Shown piece by piece: positions 35,736 through 44,664 of a DNA stretch of 64,000 nt. Both the position numbers and the translations under genes were made by a program. The notes under the pieces are model-generated. The model did not search any database. It was not told the DNA's origin and worked only from the letters and a program-made list of their open reading frames with translations. The stretch's first letter is position 1. Each line of letters begins with the position of its first letter. This DNA comes from a virus, in the IMG/VR virus record IMGVR_UViG_3300045988_074170; one strand, 5' to 3'.

Positions 35736-37922
35736 TTATTCTTGAGTAATTGTTAAGTTATTCAATTTCTTCTCAATTGATTCTCCAACTGCCTTTCCGG
35801 TTGTTCTACCTATTTTCTCCAACTGCTCGTCAGAAAGTTGTAACGGTGGGAACCCACCCTGTTGACCTGTGCCAGCACCCGCACTTCCGGGAGCGGGAGC
35901 CACGATTGTAACAGGTATCGGACCCTCGTCTTTTATAGCCTTAACAACCGCAGCGATAGAACCTTTACCACCAAGGATTTCTTCATATCCGTCCCTGATT
36001 TTTCTGTTCTGCGTTGCGGCAGTAGAAGCAGCGATATCCCCAACCATGCTTCGAGCCTCCGCTTCAGAATACTCAGCACCCGTTGAACGACCACGTCTGA
36101 ATATCTTCTGGGCATCGTTTCCGGTTGCCTTCTCCAAATCAATAATGTCAGTCATTGACAAGTTAGGGAAGATTGACTTCATCACCTGTCGACCCATTTC
36201 ACCACCACCCGTCATCTTCTGTATTCTTTCAAAGAACTTTTGCTGAAGTTCAGGTTTCTCCGGCATCTGTTCAATCATCGCTTGTAAATCCGATAATTGA
36301 GCATCGGGACCAGCAACCTCTCTTGCGGTTCTCAAAAGCAACGCTTGGCTGACGTCATCTTGACTTATATTGTTTCCCATTAAAGAGTTCTGTACACGCT
36401 CTAATTGGCGACCCTCCATCCCAGTAGCGTTCTGTATGCTTGTCATCGAACGTACAATTCCAGCCGTATTGATTCCACCTGTCCTATTAAGAACATTTTC
36501 CGCCATACGGTTGAACGATTGTAGGTACTCGCCAAGTGTCGACGCAATGTATTGGTCACTCTTTCCGAGACCCTGTAAGTTAGTGTCGAAAGCCTGTACG
36601 ACGTTGGCTCCTGTACGACCTGAACGGTCAAAACGGGTTGTCGCCAACACCGAAGCAGCGTCATCTTCCGATAAGCCTCTAATCTTACCAGCCATTAACA
36701 GTTGGTTCACATCATGAAGCGAAGTGTTCCGTTCATAGACTCCTGCCTTCTGTAAAGTTGTAACCTGCGACAGATAATCTGTCATATTCAACCCCAGCGT
36801 CCGGGAAGCCCATGTAGGAAGTTCATCCCTGTCCGTTACCAGCCCAGCCTTATCAGCATTCCTCAACTGCTGTACCTTCTGACCATGTTCCCATTCTTTC
36901 CAACCTTTTGCGTCTTGCTCAGTTCTTGGGAAAGCAAGCATTGAGAAATCAAGTTTTGTTGGGTCTTTCGGTTCAGATTGTTTCTGCCTGTATGACCAGT
37001 CAGTCGCCATCTTATAATCATGGTACGTTGTGTTTCCACCCGTAACATAATCAACATTATCCCCGAATGAATCAAGGAATTGGCTTCCCAACGCTTGTCG
37101 ATAGGACATACGATGTAGAGCGGAATAATCACCCAATGCTCTATCGTTCTGGGTTGCCGCATTACGACCAACTTCCTTCTTTTCGGCTTCGGCTCCGGAT
37201 ATACCGAATGTCAGCATATTCAGCAACCAATGATTCCCCCTGTTATTCCGACGCTGGAATTCATTTTCAGCACCGTACTGAGCAGACTCATATTTCGCTT
37301 GCTGACCTAATATCGTACCAATCCCCATGATAAGCGCACCGAAAGGAAGCATTCCCATCAATCCGCTCATACTCGTAGGCATCTTAAACCCTTTACCAAA
37401 CAGTCCAGCACCGCCTCCCTGCCCAAGAGTAGGCACATCAGGAGTTTCGGGTGCAGGAGGCTGTGGGGGTTCCCCACCGCTGCCTGTTGGCAAGACTCCA
37501 TTAGTGTCATCCCTCTGGGTCTTTTCCATCAAGTCTGCTATCCGTACAACTTCTGACAGTATTTTATCGAGAGTCGTTTGCTGGCGTTCGGTCAATTGAG
37601 TATTTAAAGCACGACCAGAGGTTCCCGGAGTAACCGCACCCCCTCCACCGCTTAAAGGTCGCCCAGTATAAGGGTCTATAAGCGTCGGTCTTCTTTCAGT
37701 CGGGGTATCATTAGGAAGCCCACCTTGCATTCCCCCTGCGAGAGCGTTTCGCTCCTTTAACAGGTCGATTTGCTTTTGGATGACTCCAACCGTTTGTTCA
37801 GCGATGTTTTTGAACTCGCTTTCCATTTTGTTGAAGTCGTTCCACAAGGCTTGGGCGTTCTGTCGGAGTTCCTGAAGCGGTGACGCATCAGCCGATACCC
37901 GTATTCTCTTGTCTTCCGCCAT
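35736..37922 (-). CDS. Tape measure protein
   Basis: 728 aa with an N-terminal coiled coil, Gly-rich hydrophobic segments (GLMGMLPFGALIMGIGTILG) and a long helical remainder. Canonical position after the tube and chaperone genes. Confidence 0.7.
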   Translation of the reverse strand: MAEDKRIRVSADASPLQELRQNAQALWNDFNKMESEFKNIAEQTVGVIQKQIDLLKERNALAGGMQGGLPNDTPTERRPTLIDPYTGRPLSGGGGAVTPGTSGRALNTQLTERQQTTLDKILSEVVRIADLMEKTQRDDTNGVLPTGSGGEPPQPPAPETPDVPTLGQGGGAGLFGKGFKMPTSMSGLMGMLPFGALIMGIGTILGQQAKYESAQYGAENEFQRRNNRGNHWLLNMLTFGISGAEAEKKEVGRNAATQNDRALGDYSALHRMSYRQALGSQFLDSFGDNVDYVTGGNTTYHDYKMATDWSYRQKQSEPKDPTKLDFSMLAFPRTEQDAKGWKEWEHGQKVQQLRNADKAGLVTDRDELPTWASRTLGLNMTDYLSQVTTLQKAGVYERNTSLHDVNQLLMAGKIRGLSEDDAASVLATTRFDRSGRTGANVVQAFDTNLQGLGKSDQYIASTLGEYLQSFNRMAENVLNRTGGINTAGIVRSMTSIQNATGMEGRQLERVQNSLMGNNISQDDVSQALLLRTAREVAGPDAQLSDLQAMIEQMPEKPELQQKFFERIQKMTGGGEMGRQVMKSIFPNLSMTDIIDLEKATGNDAQKIFRRGRSTGAEYSEAEARSMVGDIAASTAATQNRKIRDGYEEILGGKGSIAAVVKAIKDEGPIPVTIVAPAPGSAGAGTGQQGGFPPLQLSDEQLEKIGRTTGKAVGESIEKKLNNLTITQE

Positions 37923-38229
37923 TTTGTTCTAATTTAAGCATTTCTTCAATTTCTCTTTCAGCCTCAGTAGAGAAGTCCTCAATCGTAGTCGGAGCTTTAA
38001 AGATATCCCCAATTCCGGGAATATACTTATCTTCATCTTTCTCACGTTCAGTCTGAAACTCTTTCAAATACAGCTTGTCTTCTTCAAATTCTATTAGCTG
38101 ATATAAAAAAGAAGATTCCCGATGAGCAGGGGACATAAATGAAACATTATGCTTTATTCGCCACCACCTGTCCAACGGGAATCTGTTGTTCCAGCTGACC
38201 ATACCCTGTATCAGCTCGGAATGTTTCAT
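37888..38229 (-). CDS. Tail assembly chaperone-position protein 2
   Basis: 113-aa ORF whose own ATG follows the upstream stop after a 1-nt gap. It overlaps the tape measure start by 35 nt. Confidence 0.45.
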   Translation of the reverse strand: MKHSELIQGMVSWNNRFPLDRWWRIKHNVSFMSPAHRESSFLYQLIEFEEDKLYLKEFQTEREKDEDKYIPGIGDIFKAPTTIEDFSTEAEREIEEMLKLEQNGGRQENTGIG

Positions 38230-38230
38230 A

Positions 38231-38599
38231 TTACTCCTCCTTCTTTACGTCATCACTTTCACCACCTTTCAGGAGGTCAGTAATTTCTTTAAAGAACGGA
38301 GCAACCGTCTTGAAGTATTCATCACGGATAAGTTTATAGTCCCTGACATCAAGTTCTGAAAAATTCTTCACTTTCAAATCCTCAATCAATTTCGGGCACA
38401 AAACAGCAATCGCAGCCTCGATATCAATCATGTCAAGAGCGTGCTGAGCCATTGCTGAAGGACTCATTACCATTGAGTTATAGAATCCTCTGGACAGGCT
38501 TTGCTTCATCGCCTCAATTTGGTAGAACTGACCCACATTAGGGAACTTCACAGGGTAACTATGCCCCTTGATTTCAATTGTTACTTCATCTTTTATCAT
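38231..38599 (-). CDS. Tail assembly chaperone-position protein 1
   Basis: 122-aa acidic-tailed ORF between the tube and tape measure genes. Confidence 0.45.
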   Translation of the reverse strand: MIKDEVTIEIKGHSYPVKFPNVGQFYQIEAMKQSLSRGFYNSMVMSPSAMAQHALDMIDIEAAIAVLCPKLIEDLKVKNFSELDVRDYKLIRDEYFKTVAPFFKEITDLLKGGESDDVKKEE

Positions 38600-38628
38600 A
38601 ATCTTCTTTTATTTAAAGCAAGGCAGGA

Positions 38629-39117
38629 TTATCCTGCCATGCTGATTGGTTCAAGATAAATACCACTGATGTCGGTTCCTGCAAGCCCAGCTTCCTGGAT
38701 GCTGAATGACTGAGTATTCAGTAAACAGCCTTGCAAGCGAGCAATGGTTTCACCCGTGTTATCAACTTCGGTAACAAGTTTCGTCGCTGCGTCTTCGCTT
38801 GATACCGTTTTCGCATACACCGTAATGTCAAAAGCAATGTCCCCCAATACGAGGCTATTCTTTATCTCCGCTATGCTTCCAAACTTCTTGAGCATCTTCT
38901 TCATAATCGGAGTATTGAATGAAATGAAGTATTGTGATACACTCCATTGACAAGTGTACGCCACAGGGGGTGCTTCCTGATAAGTCAGGTTTCCCAACCC
39001 CTGAACGTTGGCACGCTGTACGTTTTCCGAGAATGTCAGATTGCGGACGTATCCTGCAACCTCGTTATCTATTTTGATAAACGCTTTCGGTGCTGTAAAA
39101 ACTCTTCCTCTTGCCAT
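38629..39117 (-). CDS. Tail tube protein
   Basis: 162-aa ORF directly downstream of the sheath gene. Confidence 0.6.
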   Translation of the reverse strand: MARGRVFTAPKAFIKIDNEVAGYVRNLTFSENVQRANVQGLGNLTYQEAPPVAYTCQWSVSQYFISFNTPIMKKMLKKFGSIAEIKNSLVLGDIAFDITVYAKTVSSEDAATKLVTEVDNTGETIARLQGCLLNTQSFSIQEAGLAGTDISGIYLEPISMAG

Positions 39118-39122
39118 ATCTT

Positions 39123-40781
39123 TTAATTTTTAAGTAAGAATCCAGTGAAGAAAATCTTAGTGATTTCGCTGTTCACCACCACCTCATAGGTGACATCGTA
39201 GTAGTCCTCAATTCGGGTTGCAACTACATTCTGGAAACGCTGTATCAAGTTGTCTTGATTAGCGGTTGCCACACGTGATTGCAAGAAATTGATTGTCCAA
39301 GTCTCAAGAGCACCTTTTGACAAGGTATTCAAGTTTACACCGTTTTCATCACCCAACAAGTCAATTTCTGCATTCACCACACACTCTTTGTTCAACTGTG
39401 CGATAACACGCATGAACTGGATGCTGAATGAGAGACCTTTTTTGTTGAATAATGTTTTGTTATCTTGCAAAGTTGTAACACCCTGTAAGACAACGAAACG
39501 ACCGAGATACGGATTCGGATAAACCACAACCAAACCAGCCTTAACAGCCTTTTCCATTTCCTTCTCGTCAGGAATGTGTTGAAGTTTATCGCCACCGATT
39601 GTCTTGTTGGTAACGGGGATATAGGGAGGCTTTCCGCTGACACGTCCAATAACCTGACACAGATTGTAGAATACACCCCACCAACGTACCTTTGAAGCAA
39701 CAAAATCGCTCGCAGTACCGATACCACCATGAACACAAACCACGTATGCATTGTTGAACTGTTTCGCCATATCCAGTGAGTCGTTGAACTTCACTTTCGA
39801 GTCGTATGCCCCAACGTACACGAATTTATCGAATTTCGCCTGAGTATTGCGGTGTGCGATAACCTTGTTATTCGTAGCACCAGCACCCGACGCACCGATT
39901 TGGTCAGTGAATACGATGTTATATTCAACATCGGTGATTTGAGCCAACAGGTCATCGAGGTCAGTCGGTTTGTACTGTTCCGTACCACCTGTCGCAACCT
40001 GATATCCTGCGTTATCCGTGATATCTGACGCATCAACCGTTCCGTCACCTGTAATCTTGCTTGAATCATCAAGAATGAATCTTGACCCAAAGTTCTCATC
40101 GGTTTGGCACCACTGAATAACCTGAGCCAAATTAGTACATTCCGGAGTCTGACAAATCAGATACGGGTCAGCCTGTTCAACCGTCAATTCATCATAGGAA
40201 AGTTCAACCCCTGTAATCGGGTCTTTGTAAAGACCTGTAAAGGTTCCTCTCCAGAATTTCAGAATGAACGCATTTGTGTCTTCCGTTCCGGCTTCAATTG
40301 TCCACGCATAACCTGTTTTCAGGAAATCGCCCTCAACCCCACCATTTGCATTCAATCCTTCGTCGATAGTTTTCACTACCAGCGTACCACCTTTCGACCC
40401 ACCACCCGTAGGAGCGAAAGTCATCGTTGCCGGAGTTGTCGTACATGCACGGGCATACAGTAACTTGCTGATACCAACCGCATCCGCATTATACGGGTCG
40501 GGGGTAAACAGAGCCTCTGCACATTTCCAGAACATTCCGCCTTTCACGAAATCCCGGAAATCCGATAATGTTTCGAACTCGTAGACAGCGTCCTTGCCTT
40601 GCTTGTCAGTTCCGTTCACACCAGAACCACCACCGAAGCCAGCACCATAAACACCTGTGTCAATCAAGAGCACGGTTCCATAGTCCAAATTTCGGGAAGC
40701 ACTACTCTCGCCCGACGTGATTGTAGAATACACACCAGGAAGAGTTCTCAATTTTCCATTAAAATAGACACTCGTTGCCAT
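39123..40781 (-). CDS. Contractile tail sheath protein
   Basis: 552 aa. The N-terminal LPGVYSTITSG... pattern is typical of sheath proteins. The sheath-tube gene order also fits. Confidence 0.75.
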   Translation of the reverse strand: MATSVYFNGKLRTLPGVYSTITSGESSASRNLDYGTVLLIDTGVYGAGFGGGSGVNGTDKQGKDAVYEFETLSDFRDFVKGGMFWKCAEALFTPDPYNADAVGISKLLYARACTTTPATMTFAPTGGGSKGGTLVVKTIDEGLNANGGVEGDFLKTGYAWTIEAGTEDTNAFILKFWRGTFTGLYKDPITGVELSYDELTVEQADPYLICQTPECTNLAQVIQWCQTDENFGSRFILDDSSKITGDGTVDASDITDNAGYQVATGGTEQYKPTDLDDLLAQITDVEYNIVFTDQIGASGAGATNNKVIAHRNTQAKFDKFVYVGAYDSKVKFNDSLDMAKQFNNAYVVCVHGGIGTASDFVASKVRWWGVFYNLCQVIGRVSGKPPYIPVTNKTIGGDKLQHIPDEKEMEKAVKAGLVVVYPNPYLGRFVVLQGVTTLQDNKTLFNKKGLSFSIQFMRVIAQLNKECVVNAEIDLLGDENGVNLNTLSKGALETWTINFLQSRVATANQDNLIQRFQNVVATRIEDYYDVTYEVVVNSEITKIFFTGFLLKN

Positions 40782-40872
40782 ATTATCATTATTAAAGAGT
40801 TTACGAATTTATTTCGGAATAAAGGTATAAAATTTTTCCAAAACATCAATAATCACAAATCTTTTTGAGGAA

Positions 40873-40896
40873 GGGCAGGAGCCGAAACTCCTGCTC
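40873..40896 (-). terminator. Hairpin after BACON-like gene
   Basis: 7-bp stem gcaggag/ctcctgc plus 2 further pairs, with loop ccgaaa. No U-tract. Confidence 0.25.
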
Positions 40897-40903
40897 AAAC
40901 TCA

Positions 40904-41971
40904 TTAAGAAATCTTCCAAGTAATGTTGGTCGTAATCTTGAATGTCTGAGAACCACCCGTTGCCCCATAGGACAAACTGGTAGGAGTGACGTCAAGATAC
41001 AGAATCTTCGCTACCAATGTTCTCGCACCTGTTACTGTGAACGTGTACGAAAGACTCGTGCTGACACGGGTACTGCCCTCGTACCATCCGTCAAATACAT
41101 CTTGACTGTTGGCCTTAGTACATTTCACCGTTGCTGAAGCACCATAAGCATAAGAGCCACCGCCAGATACAGAACCACGTCCCGCAGCAGAACTGTCAAG
41201 ACTGACTGAAATTGTATATGACTTGGTAGTTCTCGTACCACGAGCCTCAAAGGTTCTGTTTGCTGTTATATTTTCCACGCTCAATGACAACGACGAAGAA
41301 ATCTTCGTGTCGCCCTCATACCATCCTAAGAATGAATAAGAGTATTGAGCCGTATTCGCGAGCAGTGTTGCAACCGCAGTTGCGGTATTTCCCCAATTAA
41401 TCTTCTCAGAAGTCTTATTAATCGTATTGATATAATCTCCTTTCGAATAGGTAACAGTCCAAGTCGAAGTCGCTTGAGTAACCGTTACCGTCCCCACGAC
41501 AGAAGCAATTGAACCCGTAACAGTTATCTTCCCTGTACGCTGCCCAACTGTGTTCTTAGGAATGGAGATTTGGACACTGAATATAAACTCATCAACGGCT
41601 CCTGGGTCATCAGGAATTGATGTCCCATTCACCGTCAATAAGCCATTCGCAGTATAATTAGCAGGCAAAACAATAGGGATATCATTCCCCGAACCAAGAG
41701 CGAAAGTAATCTTCGGTGAGTTACTCTTTCCAGAAACAGTTATCGTCGAAGCTCCTTCGCCTACCTCAAATGAAGTCTTGTCCAAAGTAATGTATTCAGC
41801 AGTTGGCTCTTGCTTAACTTGGTAAGATTTTGCCGCTTCAATTCCTTTGACCACAGCCGTAACAACTGTCTGACGTTCAAGGCGACCTTTATGTATCGTG
41901 CCTGAATTGGTCAGAGTAGCGTCACCCTCTCCGGTCATTGGATTAACGGTCAACCAAGAATCTTTCGCCAT
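40904..41971 (-). CDS. BACON/Ig-like repeat virion protein (starts and ends with half BACON-like motifs)
   Basis: N-terminus MAKDSWLTVNPMTGEGDATL...RLERQTVVTAV. Internal FLGWYEG and FDGWYEG repeat modules. C-terminus LDVTPTSLSYGATGGSQTFKITTNITWKIS followed by stop. Confidence 0.65.
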   Translation of the reverse strand: MAKDSWLTVNPMTGEGDATLTNSGTIHKGRLERQTVVTAVVKGIEAAKSYQVKQEPTAEYITLDKTSFEVGEGASTITVSGKSNSPKITFALGSGNDIPIVLPANYTANGLLTVNGTSIPDDPGAVDEFIFSVQISIPKNTVGQRTGKITVTGSIASVVGTVTVTQATSTWTVTYSKGDYINTINKTSEKINWGNTATAVATLLANTAQYSYSFLGWYEGDTKISSSLSLSVENITANRTFEARGTRTTKSYTISVSLDSSAAGRGSVSGGGSYAYGASATVKCTKANSQDVFDGWYEGSTRVSTSLSYTFTVTGARTLVAKILYLDVTPTSLSYGATGGSQTFKITTNITWKIS

Positions 41972-41996
41972 ACCTTAAATTCTTTTTAAATAGTTA

Positions 41997-42533
41997 CTAA
42001 CTAACAGTCCAAGGCACATTCGTGCTGACTTGGAATGTCTTACTTCCACCAGCAGCGTCGTAATCCAACGAGGTCGGTGTAACATCAAGATAATTAATCT
42101 TAGCAACCAGACTCACTGCTTCCTGAGCCGTAAATGTATGGGTCGCATTCGAACTCACCTTAGATGAACCACTGTACCATCCGTCAAATACGTCACCACT
42201 CTTCAACAAGTTACATTTCACAGTAACTTGGTCTCCAACGTTCACTTCCGCTGTTGCTGTCGCTCCCGCAGTACCATTATTGATTTGAACCGTTCCTCGG
42301 CTTGTGACATCGGAATTAACTGAAAGAGTAACTTGGAACACACCCTTCGCAATGTCTTTCAACATCACATAGTCATTATTTCCGTAGGAAGCCAAAGAAT
42401 CAGCGTCAAATTTATTGGTCGCGATAAGTTCCTTCTTGCGGACGTAATCGTTAGCAGCCACGCCAATATCGCCAGGAGTTATCCCAACGCTGTCGGCAGC
42501 CTGTTTCGATGTCGCATACGGATTATTTGCCAT
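41997..42533 (-). CDS. Paralogous Ig-like repeat protein ending in a half BACON-like motif
   Basis: ATG at 42533 (MANNPYATS). The C-terminus GDVFDGWYSGSS...LDVTPTSLDYDAAGGSKTFQVSTNVPWTVS is followed by a TAG TAA double stop. The C-terminal 65 aa are paralogous to 40904-41971. Confidence 0.6.
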   Translation of the reverse strand: MANNPYATSKQAADSVGITPGDIGVAANDYVRKKELIATNKFDADSLASYGNNDYVMLKDIAKGVFQVTLSVNSDVTSRGTVQINNGTAGATATAEVNVGDQVTVKCNLLKSGDVFDGWYSGSSKVSSNATHTFTAQEAVSLVAKINYLDVTPTSLDYDAAGGSKTFQVSTNVPWTVS

Positions 42534-42535
42534 GA

Positions 42536-42760
42536 TTAAGAAGTTTTTCCAGCACCTGACTGGCAATCTACATATTTCTTGAAAACGATATTTCCTGATA
42601 CGGAATTAATCTTGTCGATAATTCCTTGCCCAGTGAGTTTATCAAGAATGTTCTTTTCCGTCAGACCGTTCAAAATGCTTGACGGATTGTCTTGCTGAGT
42701 CTGAACCGCTGTCAGCAGTTCGTCGACCTTTGCTCCTGTAAATTTCGATTTGTACGCCAT
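42536..42760 (-). CDS. Hypothetical small protein
   Basis: 74-aa co-oriented ORF. Confidence 0.45.
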   Translation of the reverse strand: MAYKSKFTGAKVDELLTAVQTQQDNPSSILNGLTEKNILDKLTGQGIIDKINSVSGNIVFKKYVDCQSGAGKTS

Positions 42761-42779
42761 ATCTTTCTTATTTTAATGG

Positions 42780-43040
42780 TTATTCTTTCAATACACCAAA
42801 GTCCTCCCCAGTACTATCCTGGAACGGCTCGTCACTATCAAAAGGAATGAACGGTTCCCGAAGACCCAGTTGAGTAATCGTAAAGGAAGATGTCAAGGGG
42901 ATAGTCCCTTCGGTGATTTTACCTGTTACAGTCATTCTCCTGTCGAACCCCTCATTCGTTTCAACTGAAAGAGGGACAGCAGCCGTCATGACTGACGGCT
43001 GTGCCTCTACTTTGCTTTTCTTTAACCGTTTCTTTCCCAT
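42780..43040 (-). CDS. Hypothetical small protein
   Basis: ATG at 43040 (MGKKRLKK). The track start at 43070 is a TTG that overlaps the upstream gene. Confidence 0.4.
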   Translation of the reverse strand: MGKKRLKKSKVEAQPSVMTAAVPLSVETNEGFDRRMTVTGKITEGTIPLTSSFTITQLGLREPFIPFDSDEPFQDSTGEDFGVLKE

Positions 43041-43054
43041 TATTTCTAAACGTG

Positions 43055-43708
43055 TTAGGACAATTCCCAAGAAGTATTAGAAACGATAGTCTGAGATACG
43101 GCAGCACCACTGGCTTCAAGAGTGATTGTCTCCTGACCGAATGAGAATACAGGGTCGCCAGCAGATTGCTTGATTTGAATCTGAGCCGACTGACCTCCAG
43201 CGGTCGTTACTTTCATTGCTGCAGTCAATTCGTCAATTGTCGTATTTGCTGCAATTCCAGTGAAAGTGATACTGAACTCAAACTCCTGCTGTGCTCCAGG
43301 GTCGCCAGTGATAGCCACATTATTGGTGGTTTCTACTCCACCAGCGGTGTACTTCGAAGGAAGAGTCAATTTCAAACCTCCCTCAACGACCACACGAGTC
43401 TCAAGGTCAACCAATTCGAAGTTCAACTTCGAAGAGTTGGTTTTACCTGTAATCGTCAGAGTTCCACCTGCTTTTCCAACAGTTGTTTCTGCTCCATTCG
43501 TAAATGAAACGAACTCAGGTTTTCCTTTCTGGATAACCTTGTAAGTTTTATTCGGCGAAACTCCAACCGCCACACCTGTTACAGTCGTCTCACGTTGTTC
43601 ACGACCTGTGTGAACTGTACCAATGTTCTGAACTGTACCAATGTTCTGAACTGTCGCATTACCGTTTCCCGAAGCGGGATTGACGGTCAACCATGCTGCT
43701 TTTGCCAT
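43055..43708 (-). CDS. BACON-like virion protein (half motifs at both termini)
   Basis: N-terminus MAKAAWLTVNPASGNGNATV...REQRETTVTG. C-terminus FSFGQETITLEASGAAVSQTIVSNTSWELS followed by stop. Confidence 0.65.
   Translation of the reverse strand: MAKAAWLTVNPASGNGNATVQNIGTVQNIGTVHTGREQRETTVTGVAVGVSPNKTYKVIQKGKPEFVSFTNGAETTVGKAGGTLTITGKTNSSKLNFELVDLETRVVVEGGLKLTLPSKYTAGGVETTNNVAITGDPGAQQEFEFSITFTGIAANTTIDELTAAMKVTTAGGQSAQIQIKQSAGDPVFSFGQETITLEASGAAVSQTIVSNTSWELS
43612..43654. repeat. Perfect 18-bp in-frame tandem duplication (2.4 copies)
   Basis: gaactgtaccaatgttct occurs twice, followed by gaactgt. It encodes the TVQNIG TVQNIG duplication in the 43055-43708 protein. Confidence 0.9.
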
Positions 43709-43752
43709 AAATTCACTATTTTAAACGTTAAACAAAATTTTTTTTCCACCAA

Positions 43753-43760
43753 CAAAGATA
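43753..43760 (-). promoter_or_regulatory. -7 promoter box (TATCTTTG)
   Basis: Plus-strand caaagata, 45 nt upstream of the ATG at 43708. Confidence 0.4.
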
Positions 43761-43780
43761 ATAATATTAGAGCGAATTCC

Positions 43781-44662
43781 CTACTCAAGCCTCCAAGCGG
43801 TCTTCGCTTCAATATCCTGTTCACCTTTGTTGTTCATCTCATCAAGCCATACATATCCCGAACCAAACTTGAACAGTTCGTCACCAACTGATAACACCCA
43901 ATCAGTATTCGAATAGATAGTGTTCTCACCTGTTGCTAACAGTGAATCCAGCCATACATACGGATTGGAGAATTCGAAATATTTGTCCAAAGGAGGCGGA
44001 ACCCATCCTGGGTCTGACCCAACAGGTATCGCATCCTCAATGATAAATCTCCTCACAATTTCAGGTCGAATGATAGAAGCATAATCACCAATGTCCTCAA
44101 CCTCTATTGATACGTTCTTTACCAATATCGGCTGCGGGAACAGAGCGTTTTCTGCTATCAATTCATTCGTGCTGAAATCGAAGTAAGCAAACTCCTCTTC
44201 AAATGTATTTCTGGCTCCAATGAGCAACGCATATATAACCTCCCCCATCAGAATTGATTCAAGCATATTCTCACTGAAGCACATCAAATCAATCTTCGAC
44301 AAGGCTGGTTGGCGGAACCCCTCACGTTCATATTCCGTTCCACCAAACGTGTCTAATACGGGTGCGCCATAACCTCCAAGCGGTGCTGGCTTATCCGTAG
44401 AACGTCCTGGCTCCCTTACGATAATACATGGAAGATGACTTTTATCCTTCGGATACTCCATCTTTACCTGTATCTTTCTGGGACTCGTATTAGTTCTCAG
44501 GAACAGTTTCTTTGCTTGCTCATAGAAGTCAAAAGAGCCGTCCCTCGTCCCATAGAACATATGGTAGAGGAAAGTCTCATGCTCCGGAACACTTTCGTAA
44601 TCATACTGAATGTACTGGAGTAACCCATCGACTATCTGTTTTATTCTCGCAATTAAAATCAT
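43781..44662 (-). CDS. Neck/connector-module protein (unassigned)
   Basis: 293-aa ORF. The C-terminus carries two ...SNTDWVLS / ...AKTAWRLE motifs that resemble the first half of a BACON-like domain. Confidence 0.5.
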   Translation of the reverse strand: MILIARIKQIVDGLLQYIQYDYESVPEHETFLYHMFYGTRDGSFDFYEQAKKLFLRTNTSPRKIQVKMEYPKDKSHLPCIIVREPGRSTDKPAPLGGYGAPVLDTFGGTEYEREGFRQPALSKIDLMCFSENMLESILMGEVIYALLIGARNTFEEEFAYFDFSTNELIAENALFPQPILVKNVSIEVEDIGDYASIIRPEIVRRFIIEDAIPVGSDPGWVPPPLDKYFEFSNPYVWLDSLLATGENTIYSNTDWVLSVGDELFKFGSGYVWLDEMNNKGEQDIEAKTAWRLE

Positions 44663-44664
44663 CT

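Noticed and set aside
37888-38599. Programmed -1 frameshift joining the two chaperone-position ORFs (gpG/gpGT paradigm)
   Set aside because: The downstream ORF is in the +1 frame, not the -1 frame, relative to the upstream one. It has its own ATG after a 1-nt gap beyond the stop. The only TTTAAAG near the 3' end is not in the X XXY YYZ register. A frameshift cannot be supported from sequence.
43040-43075. -1 frameshift or read-through fusing 43055-43708 to 42780-43070
   Set aside because: The downstream frame is -1 and overlaps by 16 nt, but there is no slippery heptamer. An ordinary ATG at 43040 explains the ORF. The resemblance of its product to a second-half BACON motif is weak.
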